From: a virus
Direction: 5' to 3' (one strand)
IMG/VR virus record: IMGVR_UViG_3300020383_000006
Coordinates: 1-64,000 of that record
DNA: 64,000 nt
In this document: positions 41,529 to 51,047 of the stretch, one piece after another
Layout of the letters: every line of letters begins with the position of its first letter
How positions within the stretch are numbered: the first letter of the stretch is position 1
The notes under the pieces: model-generated
What the model was told of the DNA's origin: nothing
The model's input: the letters and a program-made list of their open reading frames with translations, nothing else
Database searches by the model: none
Position numbers and translations under genes: made by a program

Positions 41529-42482
41529 TCACTTAAATTCGATTGAATTCATTAGTTCAGTACATAAAGCACTAAGGTGTAGTTCACGTGAAGGAACAAC
41601 TGCATCATACCGTTGTGCATCTTCAAGAATTAAAATCATATCAGGAATTGACTTTTTGTCAATCGTTTCTTTTAATTCTTTGTACAAGCGCTCATACATA
41701 CGTGACAAATCATTGTCTTTGTTTTGTTCACACCATTGTAAAACTGATTTAAATTTACGTTCACGCAGGTAATCAATAAGGTTACTAATTTCAACGTCAG
41801 CATATTTCATTAAAATGCCTTCGTCTATTTTACCTTGATCAGCGTATGATTGTAAAGCACCCAAAATTTTACGGTTATCAGGAAATAATTTCGTAACCAA
41901 CGTAGCGACTACTGTTTCATCGTATTCTACGCCTTCGTTATTTAAAATATCCAGAACACGCATATAAAATTTTGCTTGCATTCCATCAGATTCTTTAGGC
42001 GTTGGAGCAAAATCAACAGAAGTGAATCGTGAGTGCAACGCTGGAATGATTTTATTCGGGTAATTAGCCGTCATAATAAATGAACAAGACTTAGAATATG
42101 CTTCAGAAGCGTTACGAAGTGCCGCTTGCGTGGCTGGCATCAAATGATCAGCCTCATCAAGAATAAAGCATTTACCATTACCCGACATTGAAATAGTTGA
42201 TGCAAAAGACGCAACTTTGTCACGAATAACGTCAAGACCACGTTCTTCCGAAGCATTGACAATAACGTAATCCATTCCAATTTCATTACACATTGCACGA
42301 GCAACGGTAGTTTTACCTGTTCCTGGAGGTCCAGATAAAAGCATATTAGGAACTTTACCCGTTTTTACGATTTGGGAAAATTGTTTTTTAGTGCCGGAAT
42401 CTAGAATACAATCTTCAATTTTTTGTGGGCGATATTTTTCTACCCATAAAAATTCTTCACTATTAAATTGAATATCTGACAT
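41529..42482 (-). CDS. 44: Clamp loader large subunit
   Basis: LWVEKYRP, GPPGTGKT, DEAD, ALHSR. Confidence 0.96.
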   Translation of the reverse strand: MSDIQFNSEEFLWVEKYRPQKIEDCILDSGTKKQFSQIVKTGKVPNMLLSGPPGTGKTTVARAMCNEIGMDYVIVNASEERGLDVIRDKVASFASTISMSGNGKCFILDEADHLMPATQAALRNASEAYSKSCSFIMTANYPNKIIPALHSRFTSVDFAPTPKESDGMQAKFYMRVLDILNNEGVEYDETVVATLVTKLFPDNRKILGALQSYADQGKIDEGILMKYADVEISNLIDYLRERKFKSVLQWCEQNKDNDLSRMYERLYKELKETIDKKSIPDMILILEDAQRYDAVVPSRELHLSALCTELMNSIEFK

Positions 42483-42556
42483 AAATGAACTCCACATGAT
42501 AAAGTAATTGGGGTATAAATCAAAATTATACCCCACATAAATTTAGTTTATATTGG

Positions 42557-43273
42557 TTAGCCTTCCCACTTAGAACCAATATTCATAGCAACCCAGAATG
42601 TTTTACCTGAACCGCTTTCTACTTTTGAAATTTTCTTAGAAACAATAGAAAAGTTTAAATCGCCTTCGCCTTCTAAAACACTAACGTTTTGGCTATCCAA
42701 TTTGTAGAACATTTGGAACGTTAAATCAGTTTCCATTAATTCAATAGAAAATTTATTTGTTTCGTTTTCATCGCCGCTATTTTTGTTAAACGCAGTGATT
42801 GAAACAGTTTCACCGTCAGCAATAAAACCAACGTATTCCAGCTTCATTGTTTTTGCTGCGTCCATAATAGAAGCAAATTGTGATTGAGTTACCTCTAATT
42901 CAATATCAGGATCACTTAAATCAGGCGTTTTTTCGGTATAAGAGCCTTTAACGAAATCAGGATCACTTTCCATATAACGGATTTTTTGTTTACCGTCATC
43001 AGATTTAATTAAAAGGTATTTGTCATTGGAAAAATCTAACGTAGGATCTTCAATGATAGAAGTCACTCGCAAAAACTCACCCAAGTCATAAATGTTAAAA
43101 TCACGAGGGAACTGATCTTCAAGTGGAGCATGAAGAAGTAAATTTGCAGAGTTAGTGCAAACTTTTAGTGTATCGCTATCAGCTTTCAAACGAACGCTTT
43201 GATTGACATCATAAGCACTTTTCAATGTCTCAATAGTAGGTTTGCTGATTTTCATAGTCATATCATCAGACAT
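42557..43273 (-). CDS. 45: Sliding clamp
   Basis: MKISK.TIETLK...VNQS, FNIYDLGEFL; synteny 46-45-44. Confidence 0.9.
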   Translation of the reverse strand: MSDDMTMKISKPTIETLKSAYDVNQSVRLKADSDTLKVCTNSANLLLHAPLEDQFPRDFNIYDLGEFLRVTSIIEDPTLDFSNDKYLLIKSDDGKQKIRYMESDPDFVKGSYTEKTPDLSDPDIELEVTQSQFASIMDAAKTMKLEYVGFIADGETVSITAFNKNSGDENETNKFSIELMETDLTFQMFYKLDSQNVSVLEGEGDLNFSIVSKKISKVESGSGKTFWVAMNIGSKWEG

Positions 43274-43335
43274 AATAAAAACTCCTGTAATAATAAAGAA
43301 ATGATATTATAGTGTATAATTGTTTAAATTAAAAC

Positions 43336-45045
43336 TCATTCTTCTTCAAACTCAGTAAATCCTTCTTCAAGTTTGAACCGAATTGAGCTATGGAAATAAT
43401 CCATGAATTCATCATAACGTTGCGTGATAATAAAAACGTTCTTATCAGTTAACATTTCTTTACATAAATTCATGAAATCTTTAACGCCATCTTGGTCAAG
43501 ATTTTCTAAAATTTCATCGAGTAACAAAACATTAGAAACAACGCTATTTTTAATGGAAGCAACTTCCAATAAAGCTAACCAGATAGCCAAATTAACTCGA
43601 GACTTTTGCCCTGTCGAAAGGTTCGACATAGTAAAGTTCTCTTTATTTAGTGCAGCAAAAGATTCCTTAAAGTTTTCATCAAGCGTCATGTTGATGTAGA
43701 AATTCATTGCTTGCAAATATTCGTTCAACTTTTTATTGATTAAATCAATATATTCTTTAATGATTACCGCTTTAACGCCATCATCTTTTAAAACGTTCCT
43801 TAAACGTTCTAGGAGATCACTTTTATCAATGAGTGAAGCAAGTACCTCACGTTGTTCAGATAATTGCTCTTCGAGCGTTTCATACTTACTTACTGCTTCG
43901 TTTAGTTTAGCGTTATCATCAGATTTTTCATTTAGTTTAGAAACTAGCTTTGAACGGTTTCTTTCAATGATACTTAACTCATTTTCAAGTGTTCTTCGTT
44001 CCGAACGAAGTTCATTATAACGTTCTTTTGCGCTTTTTAGTTTATTTTCTTTTGAAACAATTTCTTCTATGGTACCAAGCAATTCAGAAATATGGTTTTT
44101 ATTTTCTTGAATAACACGTTCAGAAGAATCAATTTTGTTTGCCTTTAACCCTTCATCAATATCTTGTTCACAAGTAGGACAAACATCATTTTCATTAAAA
44201 AACTTTAATATGCGTTCTTGTGCATTAATATTGTGTTCAAAATTAGTACCTAAATCTTGAAGTTCACGTTTTTGTTTTTTGACTTTATCCAATTTTGAAA
44301 AATCAAGAAGTTCATCAATCTTACTATCAATTTCCTTAATTTCAGATTCTACCCTTTCAGAATCTTCGTCCAAAGAATCAATTTCTTCTTGTGTTTCTTT
44401 TTCCAAAGATTCTTGGGAATCCTTTATCGTACTAATGACTTCTTTTTGACTTGAAATTTTGTTACGGGTAATTTCTATTGCATTTTCTTGGTTGGTTACA
44501 TCATTATTGTTTTGTTTGATTTTCTCTTTACAAATTTTATTCATAACGGAGAAAATACTAATACCAAGGATATCCTCAACAACCTTTCTACGTTCAGCGG
44601 TACTTAATGACATAAATGGTTTATATTGTTCTTTATTCAACATAACCACTTGAGTGAACATCATATAGTCCATACCCAAAATACCGTCAAGTTTTTTCTG
44701 GTAATCAGAAGCTCTTGCATCTTGTTCAATGAGTTCATCATTTTTATATATTTCAAACTTCTTAGGTTTTTCACCTCGGACAATTTTATAATCATCACCA
44801 CGAGTTGAAAATTCAATCTCAACTAATAAATTTTTCTTATTAGTTGAGTTAATTGCATCAGCAAGTTTAGCGCCATTAGGAAATTTACCAAATAACCCAT
44901 AGGTAAACGCAAACAACATTGTTGATTTACCTGAACCATTATTCCCGCCAATCAACGTGTTTTGGTTTCGGTCTAACTGAATAGTTATTGGGTGATTCCC
45001 AACAGATTGAACGTTCTTGTATTTTAGTGTAGTAAAGTGAGCCAT
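43336..45045 (-). CDS. 46: Recombination nuclease Rad50/SbcC-like subunit
   Basis: GNNGSGKST, CPTC hook, LSTGQ, LLDE. Confidence 0.95.
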   Translation of the reverse strand: MAHFTTLKYKNVQSVGNHPITIQLDRNQNTLIGGNNGSGKSTMLFAFTYGLFGKFPNGAKLADAINSTNKKNLLVEIEFSTRGDDYKIVRGEKPKKFEIYKNDELIEQDARASDYQKKLDGILGMDYMMFTQVVMLNKEQYKPFMSLSTAERRKVVEDILGISIFSVMNKICKEKIKQNNNDVTNQENAIEITRNKISSQKEVISTIKDSQESLEKETQEEIDSLDEDSERVESEIKEIDSKIDELLDFSKLDKVKKQKRELQDLGTNFEHNINAQERILKFFNENDVCPTCEQDIDEGLKANKIDSSERVIQENKNHISELLGTIEEIVSKENKLKSAKERYNELRSERRTLENELSIIERNRSKLVSKLNEKSDDNAKLNEAVSKYETLEEQLSEQREVLASLIDKSDLLERLRNVLKDDGVKAVIIKEYIDLINKKLNEYLQAMNFYINMTLDENFKESFAALNKENFTMSNLSTGQKSRVNLAIWLALLEVASIKNSVVSNVLLLDEILENLDQDGVKDFMNLCKEMLTDKNVFIITQRYDEFMDYFHSSIRFKLEEGFTEFEEE

Positions 45046-45060
45046 TACAAATTCCTTTCA

Positions 45061-46131
45061 TTAACCAAATTCTTTCAATTCAAGTTCAGCTTCCGATTTA
45101 ACTTCAGAAAACAATTCTAAAATAGATTCATCTTCATTAACGTAGTCAGAAACATAATCCTCAATTTCTTTTGTATCAGAAACTTCAATTTCATTAGTAT
45201 TAACTTCATTCGGTATGACCGTATTGTCAATTACATCAACCGAGATAGGGTTAAATTTTTCAATTTTACTGACAACTTCCTTCAAATCAACTTTGTTGTA
45301 TTCATCATTAATGACTATACGAACAAATTGGTTTTCACAAAGGTCTTTTAAATCTTCTTTAGACATTTCACAAACTTCGTCAACATGAAAATCTAATTTA
45401 GTAAACAAACAATATTCATTTTCATGAAGTTCAAAATAGTTTGTATCTGGGTCGTAAACCTGGAAACCACGCCAGTCATTATGGTCTTGCCAATTATAAT
45501 GGAACAACGCCCCAATATATTCAATATTCCCAAGAATATTTCTATGATGAAAATGCCCAGAAAGGACTTTGTGGAAATTTTTTAGTTGACTAGGCTTTAA
45601 CCCTGACTCAGCGATTTTAGAACTCTTGTACATCTTAGCGCCTTCAATTTCAAAGTGCCCAACTAAGATATGGTCATCATCAGCGTAATATTTTAAATCT
45701 TCTAGCAGTAAATCTGAATTTTCTCGATTTAACCAAGGACATAATACAAATTTCTTTCCTTCAGTTTCCACCACTTCAATACCGTTATCAATAACTCGGA
45801 TATTATCGGAAGTCTTAAGGATAGAAAGGGAATTGATTTTGTTTGTATTTTTATAGGCAATGTCATGATTACCCGCAATAACGTGCATGGTTGCACCGGA
45901 ATCTTCGAGTAAAGGAATAAATTCATTAATTACAAAATCAATATCATTAAGGGAAAGGGAATTTCTATTATCAAAAAAATCACCTGCGTGAATGATCGTT
46001 TTGATATTATTTTCTTTAATAAAAGGGAATAATTCTTCTTTGTAGTATAACCGAAATAGTTCCCTAAAAACTTTTGAACCACCTCTTGCACCAAGATGAG
46101 TGTCAGTGATAAACAAAACCTTATCGCTCAT
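45061..46131 (-). CDS. 47: Recombination nuclease Mre11/SbcD-like subunit
   Basis: TDTHLG, GDFFD, GNHD, SGHFH. Confidence 0.95.
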   Translation of the reverse strand: MSDKVLFITDTHLGARGGSKVFRELFRLYYKEELFPFIKENNIKTIIHAGDFFDNRNSLSLNDIDFVINEFIPLLEDSGATMHVIAGNHDIAYKNTNKINSLSILKTSDNIRVIDNGIEVVETEGKKFVLCPWLNRENSDLLLEDLKYYADDDHILVGHFEIEGAKMYKSSKIAESGLKPSQLKNFHKVLSGHFHHRNILGNIEYIGALFHYNWQDHNDWRGFQVYDPDTNYFELHENEYCLFTKLDFHVDEVCEMSKEDLKDLCENQFVRIVINDEYNKVDLKEVVSKIEKFNPISVDVIDNTVIPNEVNTNEIEVSDTKEIEDYVSDYVNEDESILELFSEVKSEAELELKEFG

Positions 46132-46190
46132 ATATAAATTCCTTCATAATTTAATCATATAACAAAATTGTGTTCAAATATTAGCTTTTT

Positions 46191-46832
46191 TTAATTAAAT
46201 AGTAAAGCTGAATCAGTTTCTTCTTGTTCCTCAGAAACACCTTTTTTATTAAAATTGTTTTCTTCGTAAGTTTTTATGAATTGTTTCCTTGACGCAGTAA
46301 CCTCATTATTAAGGTCTTGTTGTTGGAGGTCACTTTCTATAACGTTGTCATCAGTCAGTGCCATGAATTCTTGAGCTTCATCAATTTTTTTGTATTTTAT
46401 ATAAAGTTGTTTACGTTCTTTTCTTAGTTGTTCAAGGAGAGCGTTGTTGATGATTGAAGTTAGGTATGCAAACGGATTATTGGATTTTTCTGGGTCAAAA
46501 CCATTACCGCGAATTGCTGCAGTCATTACTGCATTGGATATAAATTCTTCCTTCCACGATTCACTTGCCATTCGAGTAACTCTCCAAGAATTGCAACGAC
46601 GTTTTGCTATTTGTAAAATAGCCCTACCAATAACTTCAGGAAGAGGTGGTGCAGGTAGATCACGTTCATCATGCAGTAACTTTATTTTCCTATATTTTTT
46701 GTATGCTTCAAGGCATTGTTTGTTATCTACATAGTGAGCATTCTTTTGTTTTGTTTCTTTAAGTTTACCTTCTGAAACTAATAGTTCTTCTATTTCTTCT
46801 TCTGAATATATTCTTGATTGATTTTTAATCAT
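46191..46832 (-). CDS. 55: Late-transcription sigma factor
   Basis: HYVDNK, FDPEKSNNPFAYLT, KERKQ. Confidence 0.93.
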   Translation of the reverse strand: MIKNQSRIYSEEEIEELLVSEGKLKETKQKNAHYVDNKQCLEAYKKYRKIKLLHDERDLPAPPLPEVIGRAILQIAKRRCNSWRVTRMASESWKEEFISNAVMTAAIRGNGFDPEKSNNPFAYLTSIINNALLEQLRKERKQLYIKYKKIDEAQEFMALTDDNVIESDLQQQDLNNEVTASRKQFIKTYEENNFNKKGVSEEQEETDSALLFN

Positions 46833-47062
46833 AACGTAAAACTTCCTCGCGCGCGGAATATTTGTTTAAAGTATGATTCAATTATAATTCAATTATTGAA
46901 TAATTTAAATTGTTTAACAATTATATTCATACTTTAATTATACTTTATATATGAATGATTGTATAAAACCTATAAGTGTTAATTCTGAGAAGTTCATCTT
47001 CGAGGAATTTATCCACTTAGTTTTATTTTCTTTTGGAGTTGAACTGACTTGAAAGTCAAGTT

Positions 47063-47091
47063 AGTCTATATTAAAAATTGAAGGAAGTAAA
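47063..47091 (-). promoter_or_regulatory. T4-type early promoter upstream of gene 55
   Basis: GTTTACT-N17-TAGACT. Confidence 0.7.
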
Positions 47092-47100
47092 CCCCGTGAA

Positions 47101-48681
47101 CTAAAATAAATCCACGGAGGTTGTATCAGGTAGTTCATACTTGTCAAAATTTACCTCATGCTCTTCATCTGTATAATATTCAATCCTTTTTATAGCATGC
47201 TTGTAACACGAGTTCTTTTGTCCATCTAAACTAAGGTCATCGACAATATCAATGATATTACCTGACTCTTTAGTTTTATGGTTACGCATAAGACGCCCAA
47301 CGGTTTGTAAGACCTTTATTTTAGCTTTGCCTGAAGATACAAAAAATGCCCAATGCAACTTTTTGATGGAAACGCCTTGTTTCATTGTACCAAAGGAAGC
47401 GAATATAACTGCATCATCATAATTTTCCATAGATTTACGGATTTCTTCGCGTTCATCACCTTTGACACCACCAACTATAAGGAAAACAGGTTTATTTGGA
47501 TGAGATTCTTTGTATTGTTCATACATTTCTTTACCATAACCCTCAACGCGGTCGAACAATACAATTTTATTTCCCTCGAAAAAGTCGATCATAGAAAAAA
47601 CGAAATCCGTTCTTTCCTTTAGGGAATTAATAAAATCAACCTCATAGTTCCACGTTTTCGCACCGCCACCGATTGCTTTATCTTTCGCGGCAAATTCTTT
47701 TCTTGCTTCCCAAAACTTTTTGCGTAAATGTAGTGGGTAATTTAAGATAGACATGTAAATCTTTATTTTGCTTGCGTTACCCATGTCAATGATTTGTTTA
47801 GCGGTTGTGAACCGTTTAATTGGACCAAGTAAAGCATGGATTTGCATTTCATCGCATTCCATACCGTTTAGAGTACCTGTTACACCGTGTTTAATCGGTG
47901 CTTTGTTACAAGATTCAAGAATTCTACCCAATTCTTTAGCGGAAGCGGAATGTGTTTCATCCACAAGTACTGCTTTAATGTCCTCATAAACCCATAGGGG
48001 CATGTTTGACATTGATTGCCACGTAGTTACTATGATTTGACAATTTAGCTCTTTAGGATACTTTGCAGACACTTTTTGGACGTGTTTACTGACTGACCAA
48101 TCACGATTAGGTTTATTGGAATAATTTTCAAAATCTGAATATATTTGTTCAACCAACGCTACTGAGGGAACACAAATTACAATATGTTTGCCCTGGAATT
48201 CATCCATCAATTGATAAGCTCTAGCGACTGCGTATATGATAAGTGATTTACCCGATGAAGTGGCTAGTAATGATGTTGTTCTATCCATGTTCATCATGTA
48301 TTTGAACGCATCTTTTTGGTAATCATACGGTGTTAGCGGTTCACCTTCGTCGTGGATATCCAAAAAATTGAAAAATTCATTAACATCTTCATCATCAAGT
48401 TGTTCACCGGAAGGTAACAAGTCAGGGTCAACGTTATATTCCCAACCTTTTTTATTTAATAATTCAAGCAACGGCAATAGAAGCCCGACATGCATTCTTT
48501 TGGTTCTTCTATTATAGAGTTTTTTAATTCCGTCCCAGTGACCTTTTTTAACTCTAGGGTCAAATTCATTACCTGCCTTAAATGAGAACCTATCCTGTAT
48601 GTCCAGTTCTTGGTATACCTCAGAACAAAGAACCTTCATCCAAGTTTCATCTAATTTAGTAATGTTAACCAGTTCACTCAT
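47101..48681 (-). CDS. uvsW: UvsW SF2 helicase
   Basis: WDG.K.L, TSSGKS, TTWQS, DETH, TGT, Q.VGR.MR. Confidence 0.93.
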   Translation of the reverse strand: MSELVNITKLDETWMKVLCSEVYQELDIQDRFSFKAGNEFDPRVKKGHWDGIKKLYNRRTKRMHVGLLLPLLELLNKKGWEYNVDPDLLPSGEQLDDEDVNEFFNFLDIHDEGEPLTPYDYQKDAFKYMMNMDRTTSLLATSSGKSLIIYAVARAYQLMDEFQGKHIVICVPSVALVEQIYSDFENYSNKPNRDWSVSKHVQKVSAKYPKELNCQIIVTTWQSMSNMPLWVYEDIKAVLVDETHSASAKELGRILESCNKAPIKHGVTGTLNGMECDEMQIHALLGPIKRFTTAKQIIDMGNASKIKIYMSILNYPLHLRKKFWEARKEFAAKDKAIGGGAKTWNYEVDFINSLKERTDFVFSMIDFFEGNKIVLFDRVEGYGKEMYEQYKESHPNKPVFLIVGGVKGDEREEIRKSMENYDDAVIFASFGTMKQGVSIKKLHWAFFVSSGKAKIKVLQTVGRLMRNHKTKESGNIIDIVDDLSLDGQKNSCYKHAIKRIEYYTDEEHEVNFDKYELPDTTSVDLF

Positions 48682-48690
48682 AATAATCCT

Positions 48691-49092
48691 TTAGGAATTT
48701 TCATACTCTATAAAATCATACGCAAGTTTCATAAGTTTATTTATAGGCAAATTTATTTCCATAATTGGCCAAGGTAAACTCCCTTGTTTTGCCGCGTAGT
48801 ATCTATGGTGACCGTCTAAAACAAATCTATCTTCGGATATTAAAATAGGTGTTTTATCATCAGATTCATTATATGAGTTGATAATTTTATCAACTTTGTT
48901 TTGGTCAAAATCGGTTTGTGTCGGCTGAATATCATCCCAATTAGATTCTAATGATTCTGAAAACCCTATTTCTAACCGTTCTACAAATTTTTTGAAACTT
49001 GGGTAATGTAATTGTGGCATATTGCTCCTACTCACACAAAAAGCTGGCCAAGAAGGTTTCTTGGATAATAAATATTCTTTAAGTAACTTCAT
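48691..49092 (-). CDS. ParB/sulfiredoxin-like domain protein
   Basis: R..MPQ, IQPTQ, ILISED.FVLDGHHR. Confidence 0.8.
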   Translation of the reverse strand: MKLLKEYLLSKKPSWPAFCVSRSNMPQLHYPSFKKFVERLEIGFSESLESNWDDIQPTQTDFDQNKVDKIINSYNESDDKTPILISEDRFVLDGHHRYYAAKQGSLPWPIMEINLPINKLMKLAYDFIEYENS

Positions 49093-49164
49093 AATTAATC
49101 TTCTTATTAGTATAAATAATAATCAATTATAATCAATTATAGTTATTTATACCAAGGAAATAAA

Positions 49165-49671
49165 ATGGTTGAACAAAAGAATAACGCAAGATCTAATAAT
49201 TACCAATTCGTTGTAGGTGACAACCAAGAGGTTTCGTTTAACGTACAATCTACGAACGTTGCGGACATAATGTTAGGTACTACGACCCTTTCATCTAGAA
49301 ACAAAGACGTTTATGTCCCTTCTAATAAAATGGATAAAGAAACAGTAAACATACAAGTCTTATGTAGTGAAGATTTAGGGGAATGGATTTGGTTCTATAA
49401 ATGGATCCTTAAATGCAAGAATTCTATTAACTTTGAAGAAAAAACTAGAGCTTCGGAAATAATGGCTTTAGATTCAGGGAACGCGGTCACAGCAAGGTTC
49501 AGGTACTTGGATTCATTTCCAACTTCATTAACAGGTTTACAATACACCACAATTGGGAATTCAGAATACCTAGTTTTTGATGTAGTTTTGCGTTATAATG
49601 ACTTTTCTATAACCGATAAAGACGGTAATGAAATTGATGAACTTTGGAATGGTGAATTAGATGAAAGATAA
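49165..49671 (+). CDS. 3: Tail completion / sheath stabiliser (gp3-like)
   Basis: Tube-fold pattern EDL.EW..YKW, FP.SL.GL.Y; late promoter upstream; adjacent to uvsY. Confidence 0.8.
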   Translation: MVEQKNNARSNNYQFVVGDNQEVSFNVQSTNVADIMLGTTTLSSRNKDVYVPSNKMDKETVNIQVLCSEDLGEWIWFYKWILKCKNSINFEEKTRASEIMALDSGNAVTARFRYLDSFPTSLTGLQYTTIGNSEYLVFDVVLRYNDFSITDKDGNEIDELWNGELDER

Positions 49672-50143
49672 GGCGGCTGAAGAAAGTTTAACCGAAATTA
49701 TTGATGGTCTAAAAGAAAAATTAGACCAATATAAAAAGCAAGCAAGTAAAGATTTAGAAATTGATGATATTGACCTAGATAGTTCTGTTTTGGTTACGCC
49801 CAAACTGATGGTAAAATATAATGACGCATTTACTGATGAGTCGTTAGCACTAAAAGATTTTTATGGTTTTAGAAGAAAAGTTGAGCTTGAACGTTGGAAA
49901 TATTGGTCCGGAAAACAAACGGATAAATATTATGCAAAGAATGGTATCGTTCACGAAAAAATTCTCAAAGGTGACATTGAAAAGTACCTAAAAGCTGATG
50001 AAAAAATGGCTTTAGTGGATGAACTTATTTCAATACAAAAAGCGATAGCTGAATACTTAGAACGTTGTATAAAAGAACTACAGTCCAGGAATTTTCATTG
50101 CAAAGTAGCTGCGGACTGGAGGAAATTTACTTCAGGGGGATAA
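49661..50143 (+). CDS. uvsY: Recombination mediator UvsY
   Basis: DLEID, PKL..KY, WKYWSGK, YLKAD, W.KF.SG. Confidence 0.9.
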   Translation: MKDKAAEESLTEIIDGLKEKLDQYKKQASKDLEIDDIDLDSSVLVTPKLMVKYNDAFTDESLALKDFYGFRRKVELERWKYWSGKQTDKYYAKNGIVHEKILKGDIEKYLKADEKMALVDELISIQKAIAEYLERCIKELQSRNFHCKVAADWRKFTSGG

Positions 50144-50144
50144 A

Positions 50145-50537
50145 ATGTTCAATAAAATAACAAAAATAAAATTTGAATATGAAGATTTAAAAGCAATAAC
50201 GTTTTTATTTTTTATTGTTGTAATTGCTACTGTGGTTTCATGTAACCAAAAACAAGAACCGTTAAAAGGTACTGAAAATTGGGTCGGGGAGCGCGTGGAA
50301 GTAACTACATATTTTTATGTCAACCAACAAAGACTTGATATGGCGTATAAGAAATTAGTTGATCCTGATGACAAATTGTCTAAGAAAGGGTTTGCTATTT
50401 GGCACCAAGGAATTCCTGAATGCGAGATACATATGAAAAGAATAGAATACAAAAATGATAAAGATGCTATACAAACGCTTGGCCATGAAATGTTGCATTG
50501 CTTAAAAGGTACTTGGCACGCTGAAATAACGTTTTAA
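50145..50537 (+). CDS. Membrane or lipoprotein with HExxH zinc-metallopeptidase motif
   Basis: Hydrophobic stretch ending VVS-C; TLGHEMLHC. Confidence 0.6.
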   Translation: MFNKITKIKFEYEDLKAITFLFFIVVIATVVSCNQKQEPLKGTENWVGERVEVTTYFYVNQQRLDMAYKKLVDPDDKLSKKGFAIWHQGIPECEIHMKRIEYKNDKDAIQTLGHEMLHCLKGTWHAEITF

Positions 50538-50543
50538 TATATC

Positions 50544-50589
50544 CTTATAACTAATCGTTATTATACTTATTGAAATATATGAGTATAAT
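50544..50589 (+). promoter_or_regulatory. Early promoter with conserved upstream element (copy 2)
   Basis: CTTATAACTAATCGTTATTATAC-N17-TATAAT, followed by GGGGTTGTTGAA. Confidence 0.7.
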
Positions 50590-50630
50590 AGGGGTTGTTG
50601 AATACGTTGTTTACCTAAAAGGAACTCATT

Positions 50631-50801
50631 ATGACTAAAGTGAAATGTAAACACGTTGTACGAGTAGTAGAAGATGCAACAGCAAAAATTATTAAAAAAA
50701 TTGTTGTCGATAACTATATGCAAGCTTGTCGATTAGAAAACCGTTTCAATGACGCAATCGACTGTTGCAAGTATTCAGTAGAAATGGAAGCAATAAAATA
50801 A
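50631..50801 (+). CDS. 56-aa hypothetical protein (not in ORF track)
   Basis: MTKVKCKHVVRVVED...; SD AAGGA; stop overlaps the next ATG at 50801. Confidence 0.6.
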   Translation: MTKVKCKHVVRVVEDATAKIIKKIVVDNYMQACRLENRFNDAIDCCKYSVEMEAIK

Positions 50802-50973
50802 TGAAACAATTAACAATATTAGAATTAATATTTTCTTTGTACGTTTTGACTGTTGTTTCTGCTTTAATGATTTCCATTTCTATGCAAATGAAACTACTTC
50901 CAGCGGTAATAAAATCTTTGGTTTGGTTCCTTTATGTACCATATGTCATATTCTTTAAAAAAGGGGGTTGAAC

Positions 50974-51002
50974 TTTACTCTCCTTTGAAATTTTAGTATC
51001 AT
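50974..51002 (+). promoter_or_regulatory. T4-type early promoter for rIIA
   Basis: TTTACT-N17-TATCAT. Confidence 0.75.
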
Positions 51003-51047
51003 TACCTTGTTGAATTAAATTTTTATTGATGAAAAGGTGTTTATATA

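Noticed and set aside
42510-42534. Hairpin GGGGTATAA/TTATACCCC between genes 45 and 44 as a terminator or late promoter
   Set aside because: No U-tract on the coding strand and TATAAATC faces the wrong way; role unclear
48691-49092. MKLLKEYLL as a capsid-targeting tag
   Set aside because: Lacks the Glu cleavage residue, so it was not counted
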